DNA of 64,000 nucleotides from an uncultured delta proteobacterium (GTDB taxonomy: Bacteria; Desulfobacterota; Desulfomonilia; Desulfomonilales; Desulfomonilaceae), in NCBI GenBank assembly GCA_963789265.1, contig CAWBKB010000001.1, positions 544,001 through 608,000 on the forward strand, read 5' to 3'. Position 1 is the first letter of the stretch. Each line of letters starts with the position of its first letter. The notes under the pieces were generated by a model. That model saw nothing but the letters and a program-made list of their open reading frames with translations. It made no database searches and was not told where the DNA came from. Shown one piece after another: positions 1 through 10,469 of the stretch. Position numbers and translations under genes: made by a program.

Positions 1-774
1 AATAGTTGGGGCGACGAATTTGCCCGACTGGTTCTGGAGTTGAACCCACTTTAAATTTTTCTTCAACGCCCACGCATATTCAACATAGCCGATGGTCCCG
101 TCAGTTTTCTTGACCAGCGCCGAGACTCCCTGGTTTCCTTTACCACCTATGCCTGTAGGCCAAGAAACGGACTTGTCGTTGCCGACCTTATCCCGCCATT
201 CGTCGGATACTTTGCTCAGATAATTGGTGAAAATCCAGGTGGTCCCGGAGCCGTCAGCCCTGTGCACCACAGTGATTTCCTGGTCGGGCAATTTCATATC
301 CTGGTTCACCGCCATGATCTTCTTGTCATTCCATTTTTTGATTTTGTCGAGGTAGATGTCAGCCAACAATTCCGGAGTAAGCTTCAGTTTTCCTTTTCCG
401 ATGCCTTGAATGTGGACTATCGGCACCACTCCACCCATTATCATGGGGAACTGCATAAGACCGTGGCTGTCGAGCTCCTCGGCTTTTAGGGGCTTGTCGG
501 ATGCCCCGAAGTCAACGGTCTTCGCCTTGATCTGGGCTATTCCGCCGCCCGATCCGATTGCCTGATAACTCAGCTTTAAGCCCGTATTCTGATTATACTT
601 TGTGGCCCATTTCGCATAAACGGGATAGGGGAAAGTGGCCCCGGCACCGCTTAGACTCTCAACGTCCGGAGAAGCGCTTGCAATAAATCCCGGCTGCAAA
701 ATCAGCAGCACCCCGATAAGAAGCGCGAGCTTAAAGACCAAGGTTGAATTGCGTCGTCTGGCCCGTCCCTCCAT
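1..774 (-). CDS. pstS: Phosphate ABC transporter substrate-binding protein (5' part; runs off window start)
   Basis: Not in the ORF track. Manual minus-strand translation from ATG 774 (RBS AAAGGAGG) gives a signal peptide, then LSGAGATFPYPVYAKWA, NYQAIGSGGG, DFGASD and VVHRADGSGTT, all typical of PstS. Confidence 0.95.
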   Translation of the reverse strand, partial: MEGRARRRNSTLVFKLALLIGVLLILQPGFIASASPDVESLSGAGATFPYPVYAKWATKYNQNTGLKLSYQAIGSGGGIAQIKAKTVDFGASDKPLKAEELDSHGLMQFPMIMGGVVPIVHIQGIGKGKLKLTPELLADIYLDKIKKWNDKKIMAVNQDMKLPDQEITVVHRADGSGTTWIFTNYLSKVSDEWRDKVGNDKSVSWPTGIGGKGNQGVSALVKKTDGTIGYVEYAWALKKNLKWVQLQNQSGKFVAPTI

Positions 775-1081
775 TTTGTCCTCCTTTGTAATTGGATCTA
801 CATGGCAGCCTCTCTAACAGAGGCTTACTGTCAGTGCTTGGATGCCCGATAGCCTCCACAGAAATGTACACTTGGGAGACCGCCAGGGCACCCAGACCCC
901 GATGTTATTAGAAACAAGCCAAGTTAAGAGAGCACTAGTGAAGTGTTAAAAGTTGAATAGAGGCAAAGGCCGGATTTTATGCCGCCCTTTTGCTAAATCT
1001 TGCATGCCTCCGCGCATTTTCGGTCCTTATTCGCGTGGTTTCGGCCGAAAAATGGCTAAAAGTGCCCCAAATAAGTGCTTC

Positions 1082-1120
1082 TTAACAAACATTTATAGCA
1101 GTGCTAACGACTGGCTCACA
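1082..1120 (+). promoter_or_regulatory. Putative Pho-box-like tandem repeats with 11-bp period
   Basis: TTAACA (1082), TTATAG (1093), CTAACG (1104) and CTCACA (1115) are spaced exactly 11 bp apart. On the minus strand upstream of pstS, TTAACA (949-944) and TTAACT (927-922) are 22 bp apart. Confidence 0.45.
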
Positions 1121-1393
1121 TTTTCGGACCATTGTGTTTTAGCCCAAACATGAACATGTTGGCGCTTCAAAGCCGGGAGGGGGCCCCTCCCTTGAGGACT
1201 GGACGTCCGAACATGCCGCACGGGGAAAGATTTAATCAAAAACTTATGTGCCGATAATCTTCCCATAACGGATGCGGCCATATTAAAGGGGCGCCCTCAG
1301 CCAAGGGTCTGGGCAGATTCGATTGCATTGCAATGCATTTTGCTCGATCCGGCTTACAACGAGCCGGCCACGAGAATCGACAGGGAGGAAACA

Positions 1394-2086
1394 ATGCCGG
1401 AGTGTAGTCTCAGCACAGGGTTACTGGAGGACGTCTTTCAGTACGCCAAACCCCTCGGACATCACCAAAAGCCACAGAATTTGAATCTTGGATTCGGCTT
1501 CATCTATTACGGCCTCGCAAGGGCCCTCAGACCAAAACACACTCTAGTCATTGGTTCGGGGTTTGGCTTCAGTGTCGTGTGCTTGGCACTCGGCATAAAA
1601 GATAACGGGGTAGGGCGGCTAACTTTTGTGGATCCCTCTTATTCCTTGTTAAAAGATGGCCCTCTAAAAACCGTGGGAGGCCGAGGCACATGGAATTCTG
1701 AATCCAATGTTCAGGACCACTTCCGAAGGTTCGGGGTTGAGAACTTTGTAACCCATTACAGGATGAGAAGCGATCAATTGTTCCCATCTTATGACGAGCT
1801 CCGATTGCCGCCCATAGACCTGGGCTTCATTGACGGGAGCCATGCATACAAGGATGTGAAATACGATTTCATCACCATGCTCGGCCATTCTCACAAACGC
1901 ACCTACATCTTTCTCCACGATACAAACATCTACGTACGGGAGATGCTTCATCACTCGGGAGTGAAGCGCTGGCTGAAAATTGTGAAGAAAGAAGAGAAAG
2001 CTTTCGAGGTAATAAATTTTCCTTTTTCTTCGGGAGTCGCACTGGTCCGAGTGCTGGAGCCAAGTGTCTGGAAACAATTGCCTTGA
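1394..2086 (+). CDS. Class I SAM-dependent methyltransferase (Methyltransf_24-like)
   Basis: LVIGSGFGFS SAM-binding motif and IDLGFIDGSHAYKDVKYDF...FLHDT. Start moved to ATG 1394, which follows a GGGAGG RBS. Confidence 0.8.
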   Translation: MPECSLSTGLLEDVFQYAKPLGHHQKPQNLNLGFGFIYYGLARALRPKHTLVIGSGFGFSVVCLALGIKDNGVGRLTFVDPSYSLLKDGPLKTVGGRGTWNSESNVQDHFRRFGVENFVTHYRMRSDQLFPSYDELRLPPIDLGFIDGSHAYKDVKYDFITMLGHSHKRTYIFLHDTNIYVREMLHHSGVKRWLKIVKKEEKAFEVINFPFSSGVALVRVLEPSVWKQLP

Positions 2087-2763
2087 TTTTGGGGATTCTA
2101 ATCCTCTCACTTGTTGCGGCATTCGTTTTTTGGCGCTACGTCTGGTTCTTCCGCAACCCGCCCAGGACGAGTCCCCAAGGCGAAAACATCGTCAGCCCGG
2201 CCGACGGAACAGTGGTCTACGTGAAGACTGTAAGCCCCGACGAAGAAGTACTGGTAATCAAGCAAGGCATTTCAGCCCGCATCAGGGATATAGTACGAGA
2301 GGACATGGACGCACCGAAGTCATTGATCGGGATCTTCATGAGCCCGTTCAACGTGCATTATAACCGGGCGCCGATATCGGGGAGAGTGGAAAAAGTAGTT
2401 CATTACCCACCAAAGACTGAAAATTTGCACATGGGACCCATGCACTTTCGAACACTACTTAATCGGTTGCCTCTTTACGAAAACAGCCTCCACATTGTGG
2501 AGAACGAAAGAACCGTGACGAGATTCAAAGGGCCGTATAAAGGGGCTGAAGTTTCCTGTTACGTGGTGCAGATAGCGGCCAAGAATGTTCACGGCATCGA
2601 CAGCTACATACCGGAAGGCGGAGATGTGGCCAAAGGGCAAATATTTGGCATGATCCGCATCGGATCTCAGGTAGATTTGGTTGTTCCCCAGCTTTCCGGC
2701 ATGCAAACCAAGGTGCGTCCGGGGGATAGAGTTCGAGCAGGAGAAACTGTCCTCGTCGAGTAA
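2083..2763 (+). CDS. psd: Phosphatidylserine decarboxylase-family proenzyme
   Basis: N-terminal membrane anchor, FFRNP, IVSPADG, IFMSPFNVHYNRAP, ENERT and the G|S self-cleavage motif RIGSQVDL. Confidence 0.85.
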   Translation: MILGILILSLVAAFVFWRYVWFFRNPPRTSPQGENIVSPADGTVVYVKTVSPDEEVLVIKQGISARIRDIVREDMDAPKSLIGIFMSPFNVHYNRAPISGRVEKVVHYPPKTENLHMGPMHFRTLLNRLPLYENSLHIVENERTVTRFKGPYKGAEVSCYVVQIAAKNVHGIDSYIPEGGDVAKGQIFGMIRIGSQVDLVVPQLSGMQTKVRPGDRVRAGETVLVE

Positions 2764-2808
2764 CCAACTTGTTCAGACCGGAATCATCGGTTAGGGAGGT
2801 ATGACCGC

Positions 2809-5305
2809 ATGAAAATCGATATGCATGTCCACTCGATGTTTTCAAAACGGCCTTCCGAGTGGATCCTTAAGAAGCTTGGCTGCCCGGAAAGTTTTACCGA
2901 TCCGGTGCATCTTTATAACGTAGCAAAAACGAGGGGAATGTCTCTTGTCACAATTACCGATCACAATACCGTCGAAGGGTGTCTGGAGATTGCCCATCTC
3001 CCGAACACGTTCATGAGCGAGGAAGTCACCACATATTTTCCTGAAGACGGCTGTAAACTTCACGTACTCGTCTACAACATTGATGAGAAGAAACATGAAG
3101 ATATTCAAAGAGTTCGTGAAAACGTATTCGATCTGACAACCTACCTCGGAGAGAGTAGAATAGTTCATTCCCTTGCTCATCCGCTGTTTTCGATAAATCA
3201 TAAACTTACCATCGATCACTTCGAAAAATGCTTGCTGCTCTTCAAGAATTTTGAATTGAACGGGGCCCGAAATGAGGAACAAAACAGGTGCCTCCAACTC
3301 GTGCTCTCCATACTGACTCCGGAAAAAATAGAAGAAACTAGCCTGCAAGCACAATCTTTCACCCTCTTTCCAATTCCCTTGGGTAAAGAGCTTGACCGGA
3401 GGATCGGACGACCACAGCTCACTGACCATTGCCCGCAAGTATACTGAAGTGGAAGGAATGATAGGTGTAAGTGAGTTTCTGCAAAAAGTCGAGCAGAAGG
3501 AGGCCAGAGTCACGGGTCCGGAATCAACGCCGAAAACTTTGGCGCACAACGTGTACAGCGTAGCCTATCAGTTTTATGAGAACAAATTTGATTTGAAGCG
3601 ATTCGTTAACAGCGACGTAATTTTTAAATTTCTGGATCGGTTCCTCCAGGTGGGGCAGGATCGTAGACCGGGTATACTCGCAAAACTTGATTTCTACTGG
3701 AACCACGGAAAGAGCCGCAGGGCGTCCGCCAAAGGAAGCGGAAATGTAATGAACTTGCTACGGCGAGAGACTCACCGATTGATTTGGGACGATCCGCAAC
3801 TCTCGGAAATTTTCAAAAATGGCTACCGTGATAGTGAAACCCTCGACGAAAAATGGTTCCTTTTTGTAAACAAAGTTTCGGTCAAAGTCCTTGAGCACTT
3901 TGCCGACCACGTGATGGAAAGCCTCGCGGGGGCTCACTTTCTGAATCTTTTTAACGCATTGGGTTCCGCGGGGGCATTGTATTCCTTATTGGCCCCGTAT
4001 TTTGTCTCATTCTCCATCTTCTCGGAGGATAGGCAGTTCGGTGGAGCGGTGCTACAACGGTTTCTCGAAGAAAGGCCAAACCACTTGAAGCACGCCCCCA
4101 AGACTAAAGTAGCTCACTTTACCGACACGTTTTACGAAGTCAACGGGGTTGCCGGCACGTTGAAAAGGCAGATAAGGGCCGCCATGCAAGCGGGCAAAGA
4201 TTACACGGTAATAACTTGCGATCCTGGCAGTCACTCAAGCCTTGAGGGGGCCACGAACTTCAAGCCGATCGGCGTCTATGAGACGCCCGTTTATCCTGAA
4301 CAGAAACTTTTCTATCCGCCTTTTCTCGAAATGCTCGACTACTGCTATACCAAAGCCTTCACCCACATCCATTGTGCTACACCCGGTCCCCTTGGACTCG
4401 TAGGATTGGCGATAGCCCGCATATTGAAACTTCCCGTCGTGGGGACCTACCACACGGCGCTACCTCAATATTCCCACTATCTTACGGAAGACGCTTCCGT
4501 AAGTGAGCTCGTGTGGAAATACGTTATATGGTACTACGATCAAATGGATCGCGTCTTTGTGCCATCCAAGAGTACCGCTGCCGAACTCGCGGCGAAAGGC
4601 ATATCCCCGCAAAAAATTATCATTACACCCAGAGGAGTAGACAGCATCCGATTTGACCCGGCCAAGCGCAATGGCTATTTGGACAAGCATTCCTCGAGCG
4701 AGAAAGCGTTGAAGCTCTTGTATGTCGGTCGAGTTTCAAGAGAAAAGAACTTGGAGATCCTCGTCAGGGTTTTCAAATCGCTTGTCCAGTCAGATGAAAA
4801 CGTGAATCTGTTCGTTGTGGGAGACGGCCCATATCGTGAAGATATGCAAAAGGCATTGCAGGGAACCCCAAGCATCTTCATGGGATATGTGCAGGGGGAA
4901 GCGCTTGCGTCGATTTATGCTTCCTGCGATCTGTTCGTATTTCCCAGTACTACCGACACCTTTGGAAATGTGGTTCTGGAAGCTCAGGCATCCGGCGTGC
5001 CGGTTATAGTCACTGACAGTGGCGGGCCCCAGGAGAATATGCTTCCGGGAGTAACTGGGCTCGTGGTTCGCCGAAATGAAGAAAAATCCCTGCTGGAAGG
5101 AATCCGGACTATGCTGTCAGACACGTCGCGGTTGAAGGACATGGGGAAGGCAGCACGCACGTATGCGGAGAGTCGCTCATTCGACATCGCGTTTAACGAA
5201 GCATGGGAGCTCTACACTGAAGCCGCGGACGGTTGCAGCCCTGGTTGTAAAGTTCCCTCGATCTGGACATTCCCAATGCACGGAATAGAACTCCAATCAG
5301 CCTAG
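2809..5305 (+). CDS. PHP-domain / GT4 glycosyltransferase fusion (one frameshift near 3335)
   Basis: PHP motifs DMHVHS, TITDHNT, AHP and TGGSDDHS are split across ORFs 2809-3447 and 3392-5305; removing one A at gaagaaacta joins them. C-terminal GT4 motifs: HCATPGPLG, YVGRVSREKNL, FVFPSTTDTFGNVVLEAQASG. Confidence 0.85.
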
Positions 5306-5312
5306 TACTCTT

Positions 5313-5462
5313 TTTCGCAAATATGATCATGTTAAGAACCGGGTCCGGAAGAAGATTGCTTCGCTGCGCTCGCAATGACACGTAGTGGGAATGTCATTGC
5401 GAGGAGTGAAACGACGAAGCAATCTCTACCGGGAAAATCCGCGACCGGTACTTACGAAAACC
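5313..5462 (+). repeat. ~150-bp palindromic MITE-like repeat (second copy inverted at 62752-62911)
   Basis: Core GATTGCTTCG...CGCAATGAC / GTCATTGCGAG...GAAGCAATCT inside TAAGAACCGG...CCGGTACTTA. Its reverse complement aligns along its length with 62752-62911. Confidence 0.8.
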
Positions 5463-5778
5463 GGTAATTACTCCAGCGTTTATGAGCTTCCTCCTCTCGG
5501 CAAGTTCGGTTGTATCTCAAAAATCCCGGAGTAGCGCCGTGCTAACCAACTCGGCGCTCTCCTGACGGAAGATGCGTCCAGGATTTCGAATTTCTTTGTT
5601 TCTGCAGGTGAGAGACTTCCTGACTGCAACGGTACTGTTCACATCGCTTGTTTTCGCATCCTGATTGCTTCGTCGGGAGGTCCAATCGGGACCATGTGAC
5701 GTCCCCCCATCAGCATGAAAACGTTGAGCGGCACTGAACCGATCCTCTGTGGCACGATCTACCGCACCGCCGCGACGG

Positions 5779-6316
5779 CTAAACCGACCCGGCGGATTCC
5801 CTGAGGAATTCCTCCGGATCTTCCGGGCTCAGCAGGTACTTTCGCGGTCCGGGTCTCCACAATGACCAGGTTTTTCTGATCTGAGGTGGTGAGGTAGGCT
5901 CGGAAGGTCCCCAAAGTACGGTTCCAGAATATACCGGTAGCGGCAAACAGACCTCCGTTACCCCAAAGCCTGATACTTCTGTCCGGCGACTTCTCTACCG
6001 GACCGACGCGTTCCACAGGCCCAAACCGTTTGGACCCGAGGCGGAACAGAATTGTGAGACCGCTCCGAGAAACTTCGTACACCACAGGAGCCCGAAGATA
6101 GCAGCCCAGCGTGACGGCCGCGATCAAGACGGCGGGTATGAGAGCCCAATGATTCACGAAAGACGCCACGACCAAACCGGCATCCAGAATAGGTACGGCA
6201 GCCGAAATGATTTTGATCAACCGAGACATAGGGGCAATTGGATATATCACTGGACGTCCTCCTTCGGTGCTTATGGCTGTACCCTCCCAAATCTGAGAGT
6301 TATACTTTCTTGACAA
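5779..6316 (-). CDS. Membrane protein with bacterial PH-like domain (probable frameshift near 5835)
   Basis: Two TM segments, then RLWGNGGLFAATGIFWN. Removing one C gives a typical C-terminus KVLLSPEDPEEFL ending at TAG 5779. Start uncertain. Confidence 0.6.
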
Positions 6317-6629
6317 TAAGTCTTGCCGCCTCCTTCGCGCGTGATATAATACATTAGATATTTTACGGATATTTGAACAGAGTTCGATTGTCCATAGTTA
6401 TCTCGTTCAGGAACCCGCCAAGCTTCTCTCAGGATCTTGCAAAGACCCCGCATCGGAGGTGGGACAAAGTGACCCCGGCCCTCACTAGATCGGACATCAT
6501 GCAGCGGCACGTCGGAGCAGTTCGGCGATCTGACTATATCTTACCGGATGCGAGTCTGAGCCGCGAAGCGGTCGTTATTCGACTGCCATCAGTTCAGGAT
6601 TCGACTGCTTCATACAGGGGGGGCGGGCA

Positions 6630-7016
6630 ATGAAGAAGATTCTGATCGTGGATGACCTTCAAGAAGTCAGGCAACTTCTGACTACAACTTTATCCAGGAC
6701 TAAGTACCAAATATTGACAGCCGAAAACGGGTTGCTGGCCGTCGAGACAGCACGAATACAACAGCCTGACCTGATAATAATGGACGTTGTTATGCCGGGG
6801 CCGATCAGCGGGCTCGAAGCCACTCGTATCTTGAAGGGAGATCCTCAGACCAAATTTTGTCCCATAATCATTTTGACAGGCAAAGATCTCTCTGAAGAAT
6901 TACTGAAGATTCCTCACCCTGGAGCGGATAAGTACATCACCAAGCCTTTCAGCCCATTAAAATTGATTGACGAGGTCGAGAGCTTTTTGGGGGGGATCGG
7001 AGAGCCTCCGGTTTAG
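6630..7016 (+). CDS. Single-domain response regulator (CheY-like)
   Basis: KKILIVDD, PDLIIMDVVMPG, IIILTG, YITKPFSP. Confidence 0.9.
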   Translation: MKKILIVDDLQEVRQLLTTTLSRTKYQILTAENGLLAVETARIQQPDLIIMDVVMPGPISGLEATRILKGDPQTKFCPIIILTGKDLSEELLKIPHPGADKYITKPFSPLKLIDEVESFLGGIGEPPV

Positions 7017-7330
7017 CAATTCCCGATCCAGGTGCCACAGATCGAGGTGCCGGGTTTGGTTCTTCGAGCATTGGGGCTGGGCAGGACCGGTCGGACCTGT
7101 CGGGACTTCAACAAGTGCCGTAGTTCTTGTCCAATTGGCGAGATCGAAACAATCATCCCGGACTACCATCCCGAGATGGTAAGGGTGACCGGCGGTCGCC
7201 CAGGGCGAATGCCATTCGCCCCTACGGTTCCCCGCTGACACAGGTGAACATACCAAGGGCGGGTTTCAAACGCGCCCCTACACGAAACACCGTGTCACTT
7301 GCTTGAAAGCGAAATGATATCAGCCGCGAC

Positions 7331-8380
7331 CTACCGGTCGAGCGATTTGCCTGTTGCATCGACAATCAACAGTAACTTCTCGTCTGTAACTCTGACAGCG
7401 GTCAAACCTACTGTTTCCAAGTGTCCGTCGCCGTATTCTACTTCAAAGGTACTGGTGGTCGAGACTCTATCACCAGGCACGACCGCTGTATCAACCCACT
7501 CCGACAGACGATGAAAAGAAGGCTTGGGGCCGGGTTGGTTCCCATCAACGGTGCATTCCGGGCCGTTAGTAAGCTCCATACCCTCACAGCCAAACAGTTC
7601 GTTAAATTTAGGATTGATGGGTTTCACTGCCCCATCACTCCCGATAAATGCCAAACCGTAAGGCATCCCGTCCCACAAAGAATCAAATTCTTGCTTTTGC
7701 CGGCTTAGGCATTCCCGGGTAGTCAGGTGTTCAGCCAGCTCGAGACTTAGCTGCTCCTGCAGTTTGCGCATTTCCACGGTAAGTTCATCCATGCACTTTC
7801 CGAGTTTATAGTTTTCCTGCCGGTACCTTTGGTCATTTCTCTGGCTTAGAGCTAACTGCTTCTTTTCCGAGGTAAGATCCTCTATTGTCAGCAGCACATA
7901 CCTCTCCAAACCGATCCTCACCGATCTCAGGTGGAGGCGAGCCCAGATTTTCCTGTTCTCTATCACCAGGATTGCCTCCGCAACCCGAGGCTTCCTTGTC
8001 TCGAATGCACTGTGTATTAGGGCTTGAATCTTCTCGGTTAACGCTTGCGCTCTGGCAACGTCGTTAGGAAGAGGCACGAGGTCAGCGAAGGGAAGTCCTC
8101 TTATTTGCCTGTATCCTGCACTGATCCTTGCGCAGGACTCATTTGCAAAGCCCACCTGAAAAAATCGATCTATTAGCAGTGCAGGAATCGGAAGAGCATC
8201 CAACAACCTACCGAGGGTAGACGAGCTAATGGCACCCAAGTCAAATGTTCCCGAAGAATAAACATCCCGAGTAAACAAATCGCTCAGGTCTATGGTTTGG
8301 GTCCCCTCTCCCTGCGAAGGCCCCAAAGGTTCATCTTTCTCTCCGAACAGGTCGAAACTTGGCAGTGTACGATCATCCAT
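7331..8380 (-). CDS. PAS-domain signalling protein with no output domain
   Basis: PAS-like LLDALPIPALLID...FANE, a coiled coil and a second PAS (WDGMPYGLAFIG...NPKFNELFG). Starts 10 bp after the last gvp gene. Confidence 0.7.
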   Translation of the reverse strand: MDDRTLPSFDLFGEKDEPLGPSQGEGTQTIDLSDLFTRDVYSSGTFDLGAISSSTLGRLLDALPIPALLIDRFFQVGFANESCARISAGYRQIRGLPFADLVPLPNDVARAQALTEKIQALIHSAFETRKPRVAEAILVIENRKIWARLHLRSVRIGLERYVLLTIEDLTSEKKQLALSQRNDQRYRQENYKLGKCMDELTVEMRKLQEQLSLELAEHLTTRECLSRQKQEFDSLWDGMPYGLAFIGSDGAVKPINPKFNELFGCEGMELTNGPECTVDGNQPGPKPSFHRLSEWVDTAVVPGDRVSTTSTFEVEYGDGHLETVGLTAVRVTDEKLLLIVDATGKSLDR

Positions 8381-8389
8381 GATTCGCCT

Positions 8390-8638
8390 CTATCCCGCTG
8401 ACGCTTCAAGGCTGGGCTTCTGGAAAGCAGGGTTGTTTACCCACCAATCCATGCCCATCTCCTTGGCCTTGTCCACAGAGCAGATTACAAGCCGAATTTG
8501 GATTGTAAGCAGCTCGACGTCAACCAATTTGATCTTGATGTCACCGGCGATGACTATGCCCTTGTCCAGGACACGTTCGAGCAGGTCAGCAAGATTGGTG
8601 CTTTGAATCGAATGTCGAGCAGAGCTTTGAATTGCCAT
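8390..8638 (-). CDS. gvpJ: Gas vesicle protein GvpJ/GvpS (GvpA family)
   Basis: LADLLERVLDKGIVIAGDIKIKLVDVELLTIQIRLVICSVDKA...WW. Confidence 0.9.
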   Translation of the reverse strand: MAIQSSARHSIQSTNLADLLERVLDKGIVIAGDIKIKLVDVELLTIQIRLVICSVDKAKEMGMDWWVNNPAFQKPSLEASAG

Positions 8639-8649
8639 TTTACTACTCC

Positions 8650-9024
8650 TTACAGGAGCTTCCCGAGCGGTCCCAGGTCAAGATTCAGGTCTTCTTCGTT
8701 TAGACCGAACTCGCCGCGGAGTCTCTCGATTTCCTGTGCCTGCAACATTAACGTTGTTCCGAGTCGTTCAATTTCCCAATCAGTAAGGGTTCCACCCTCC
8801 ATTCGTCGAATCGCCTGGCGCTCCAGGAGTTCGTGAAGCAGCTTCACGAGCGTCAGGACAAGTTGTCCCAAGCCATTCTTCACACTGTCTTGATCCAGAT
8901 TCAGGTGTGACTTTTTTCCGTCACTTTCGGCATCCGTTGACCAGCGTGCTTGCATTACTCTGGAAAAGTCTCCGAACGAGTCGGACTCGACCTTAAGAGC
9001 CTGTGAAGAACTCATAATTTTCAC
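8650..9024 (-). CDS. gvpK: Gas vesicle protein GvpK
   Basis: GLGQLVLTLVKLLHELLERQAIRRME...IERLG...DLNLDLGPLGKLL. Confidence 0.95.
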   Translation of the reverse strand: MKIMSSSQALKVESDSFGDFSRVMQARWSTDAESDGKKSHLNLDQDSVKNGLGQLVLTLVKLLHELLERQAIRRMEGGTLTDWEIERLGTTLMLQAQEIERLRGEFGLNEEDLNLDLGPLGKLL

Positions 9025-9136
9025 TCCACGATCGGAGCTCTCCAGCCAACGCCCGGCCTCGGGCCGGCTGACAAAAGAGCCGATACTAGAAAGACCATCG
9101 TGCTGAGTGCAGCAATCACAGTTACCTGCGTCGCCC

Positions 9137-9349
9137 CTAAATGTTGCCCATCCGGGGGAAGGGTAGCCGATCCGTTCCTCGGATAGTATCTACCGAAGCC
9201 AAGATCACTTGCAGGCCGAGGTAGATCAGATCGACGTTAGCGACTGAAATCGTCACCTCTCCGGAGATTACAGCTCCCTTATTTAATACGCGGTCCAGAG
9301 CTTCGCAGAGGGATACGTGTTCTGCTTCTTCCATTGGGAGATTATTCAT
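9137..9349 (-). CDS. Gas vesicle GvpA-family accessory protein (GvpJ/GvpA2-like)
   Basis: SLCEALDRVLNKGAVISGEVTISVANVDLIYLGLQVILASV. ATG 9349 overlaps the end of gvpG. Confidence 0.9.
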   Translation of the reverse strand: MNNLPMEEAEHVSLCEALDRVLNKGAVISGEVTISVANVDLIYLGLQVILASVDTIRGTDRLPFPRMGNI

Positions 9350-9593
9350 CGTCATCAATGATAGCACCCTGTTCCTGGATGGCATCCAATCGATCGAGAA
9401 GGTCGGATTCCAGTCGATCGAACTCAGTCTCCGAGATTTTCCCGGTTTCAAGCATTGCATAGAGCTGCTGCAGTTGTCCGGTTAGGGCGTCCGACTCCTC
9501 ACGGAGTTCCTGTTCAGCCGCATTGCAAATTTCATTGAAAATCCACAGAAACCCCTTAACAGGAAACAACAAGACATCATCCGCAATAAGCAT
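9342..9593 (-). CDS. gvpG: Gas vesicle protein GvpG
   Basis: LLFPVKGFLWIFNEI...LETGKISETEFDRLESDLLDRL. Confidence 0.9.
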   Translation of the reverse strand: MLIADDVLLFPVKGFLWIFNEICNAAEQELREESDALTGQLQQLYAMLETGKISETEFDRLESDLLDRLDAIQEQGAIIDDDE

Positions 9594-9617
9594 CTTAGTT
9601 CTCCAGCCGTGCCGGGA

Positions 9618-10385
9618 TTAAACGTCGATCTCAAGTTCGACAAAGTTATGGGGAGCCCAAGGTCCGTTGAAATCAAAGGCGAAGTTGTCATCGAAGTGGC
9701 CGGCAGCTTCGAACACTCCGGCCTCAAATTCATTCAGGAGGTTTCGCCCTACAAGACAGGATAGATTCATGATTTCTCTTTCATCTCGACACTTGCCGCT
9801 CTTGATTTCAAAGCAGCGAGTTCGAAGGATCTGCTCCACATTCTCCGTGAGTCGCTCTCTGTCGAGATTCAGAGCTTGTTCGAACATGTGACCGATTTCT
9901 ATCTTATCTTCCTGCGTCGGCGCATGGTTGGCTCGAAACAAGTCATCACGAGCCTGTTTCAGTTCGCCGTGTGTGTTAATCATGAATTCGAAGATGTTAG
10001 GGACATCCCATGCGACTTTTACTCCCATTTCTACTCTGCCTGAGACTCGTTTGAGTTGCTTCCGGATGGCTGCAGAGTTTCGCGAGAGAATTGCACGGAC
10101 AGCTTTGGGCCCGTTTGAGATTATTCCGAAAGACACGGGAAGCAGATCGCCGTCCGCCATCAGCTTTTTCAACACACCCTGATGCGCGGCGAAATGTCGG
10201 CGCTCAGGGCGGATTTTGTGATTCGGGAGGTCGCTCACAACGGCGGCTACCTCTCCATCGGCAATGGTGTAGACCGTGCCCCCATTGATGCCGAGAGAGC
10301 CGAAAGTCCTTTGCCGGGAGCCGGGAATCACCGCGTAAAGGTACCTACCTTTCAGGCCCGGCATTTTTAGTGTCGTTTTTTCCAT
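9618..10385 (-). CDS. gvpF: Gas vesicle protein GvpF/GvpL family
   Basis: YLYAVI, HQGVL, LLPVSFG, NLSCLV, GPWAPHNFV. Confidence 0.9.
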   Translation of the reverse strand: MEKTTLKMPGLKGRYLYAVIPGSRQRTFGSLGINGGTVYTIADGEVAAVVSDLPNHKIRPERRHFAAHQGVLKKLMADGDLLPVSFGIISNGPKAVRAILSRNSAAIRKQLKRVSGRVEMGVKVAWDVPNIFEFMINTHGELKQARDDLFRANHAPTQEDKIEIGHMFEQALNLDRERLTENVEQILRTRCFEIKSGKCRDEREIMNLSCLVGRNLLNEFEAGVFEAAGHFDDNFAFDFNGPWAPHNFVELEIDV

Positions 10386-10469
10386 CTCTGCACCTCGTCT
10401 GTGCGAAGACTAGTGTCGGCAACTTTGATGTTTGTCATGCCTGAACCGCTGAGTCCTATGTGAAACGGT

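Noticed and set aside
1215..1279. Cobalamin riboswitch upstream of the methyltransferase
   Set aside because: A hairpin is present (GCCGCA..GGGAAAGATT / AATCTTCCC..TGCGGC) but the conserved B12-box and GCCACTG-type motifs are missing.
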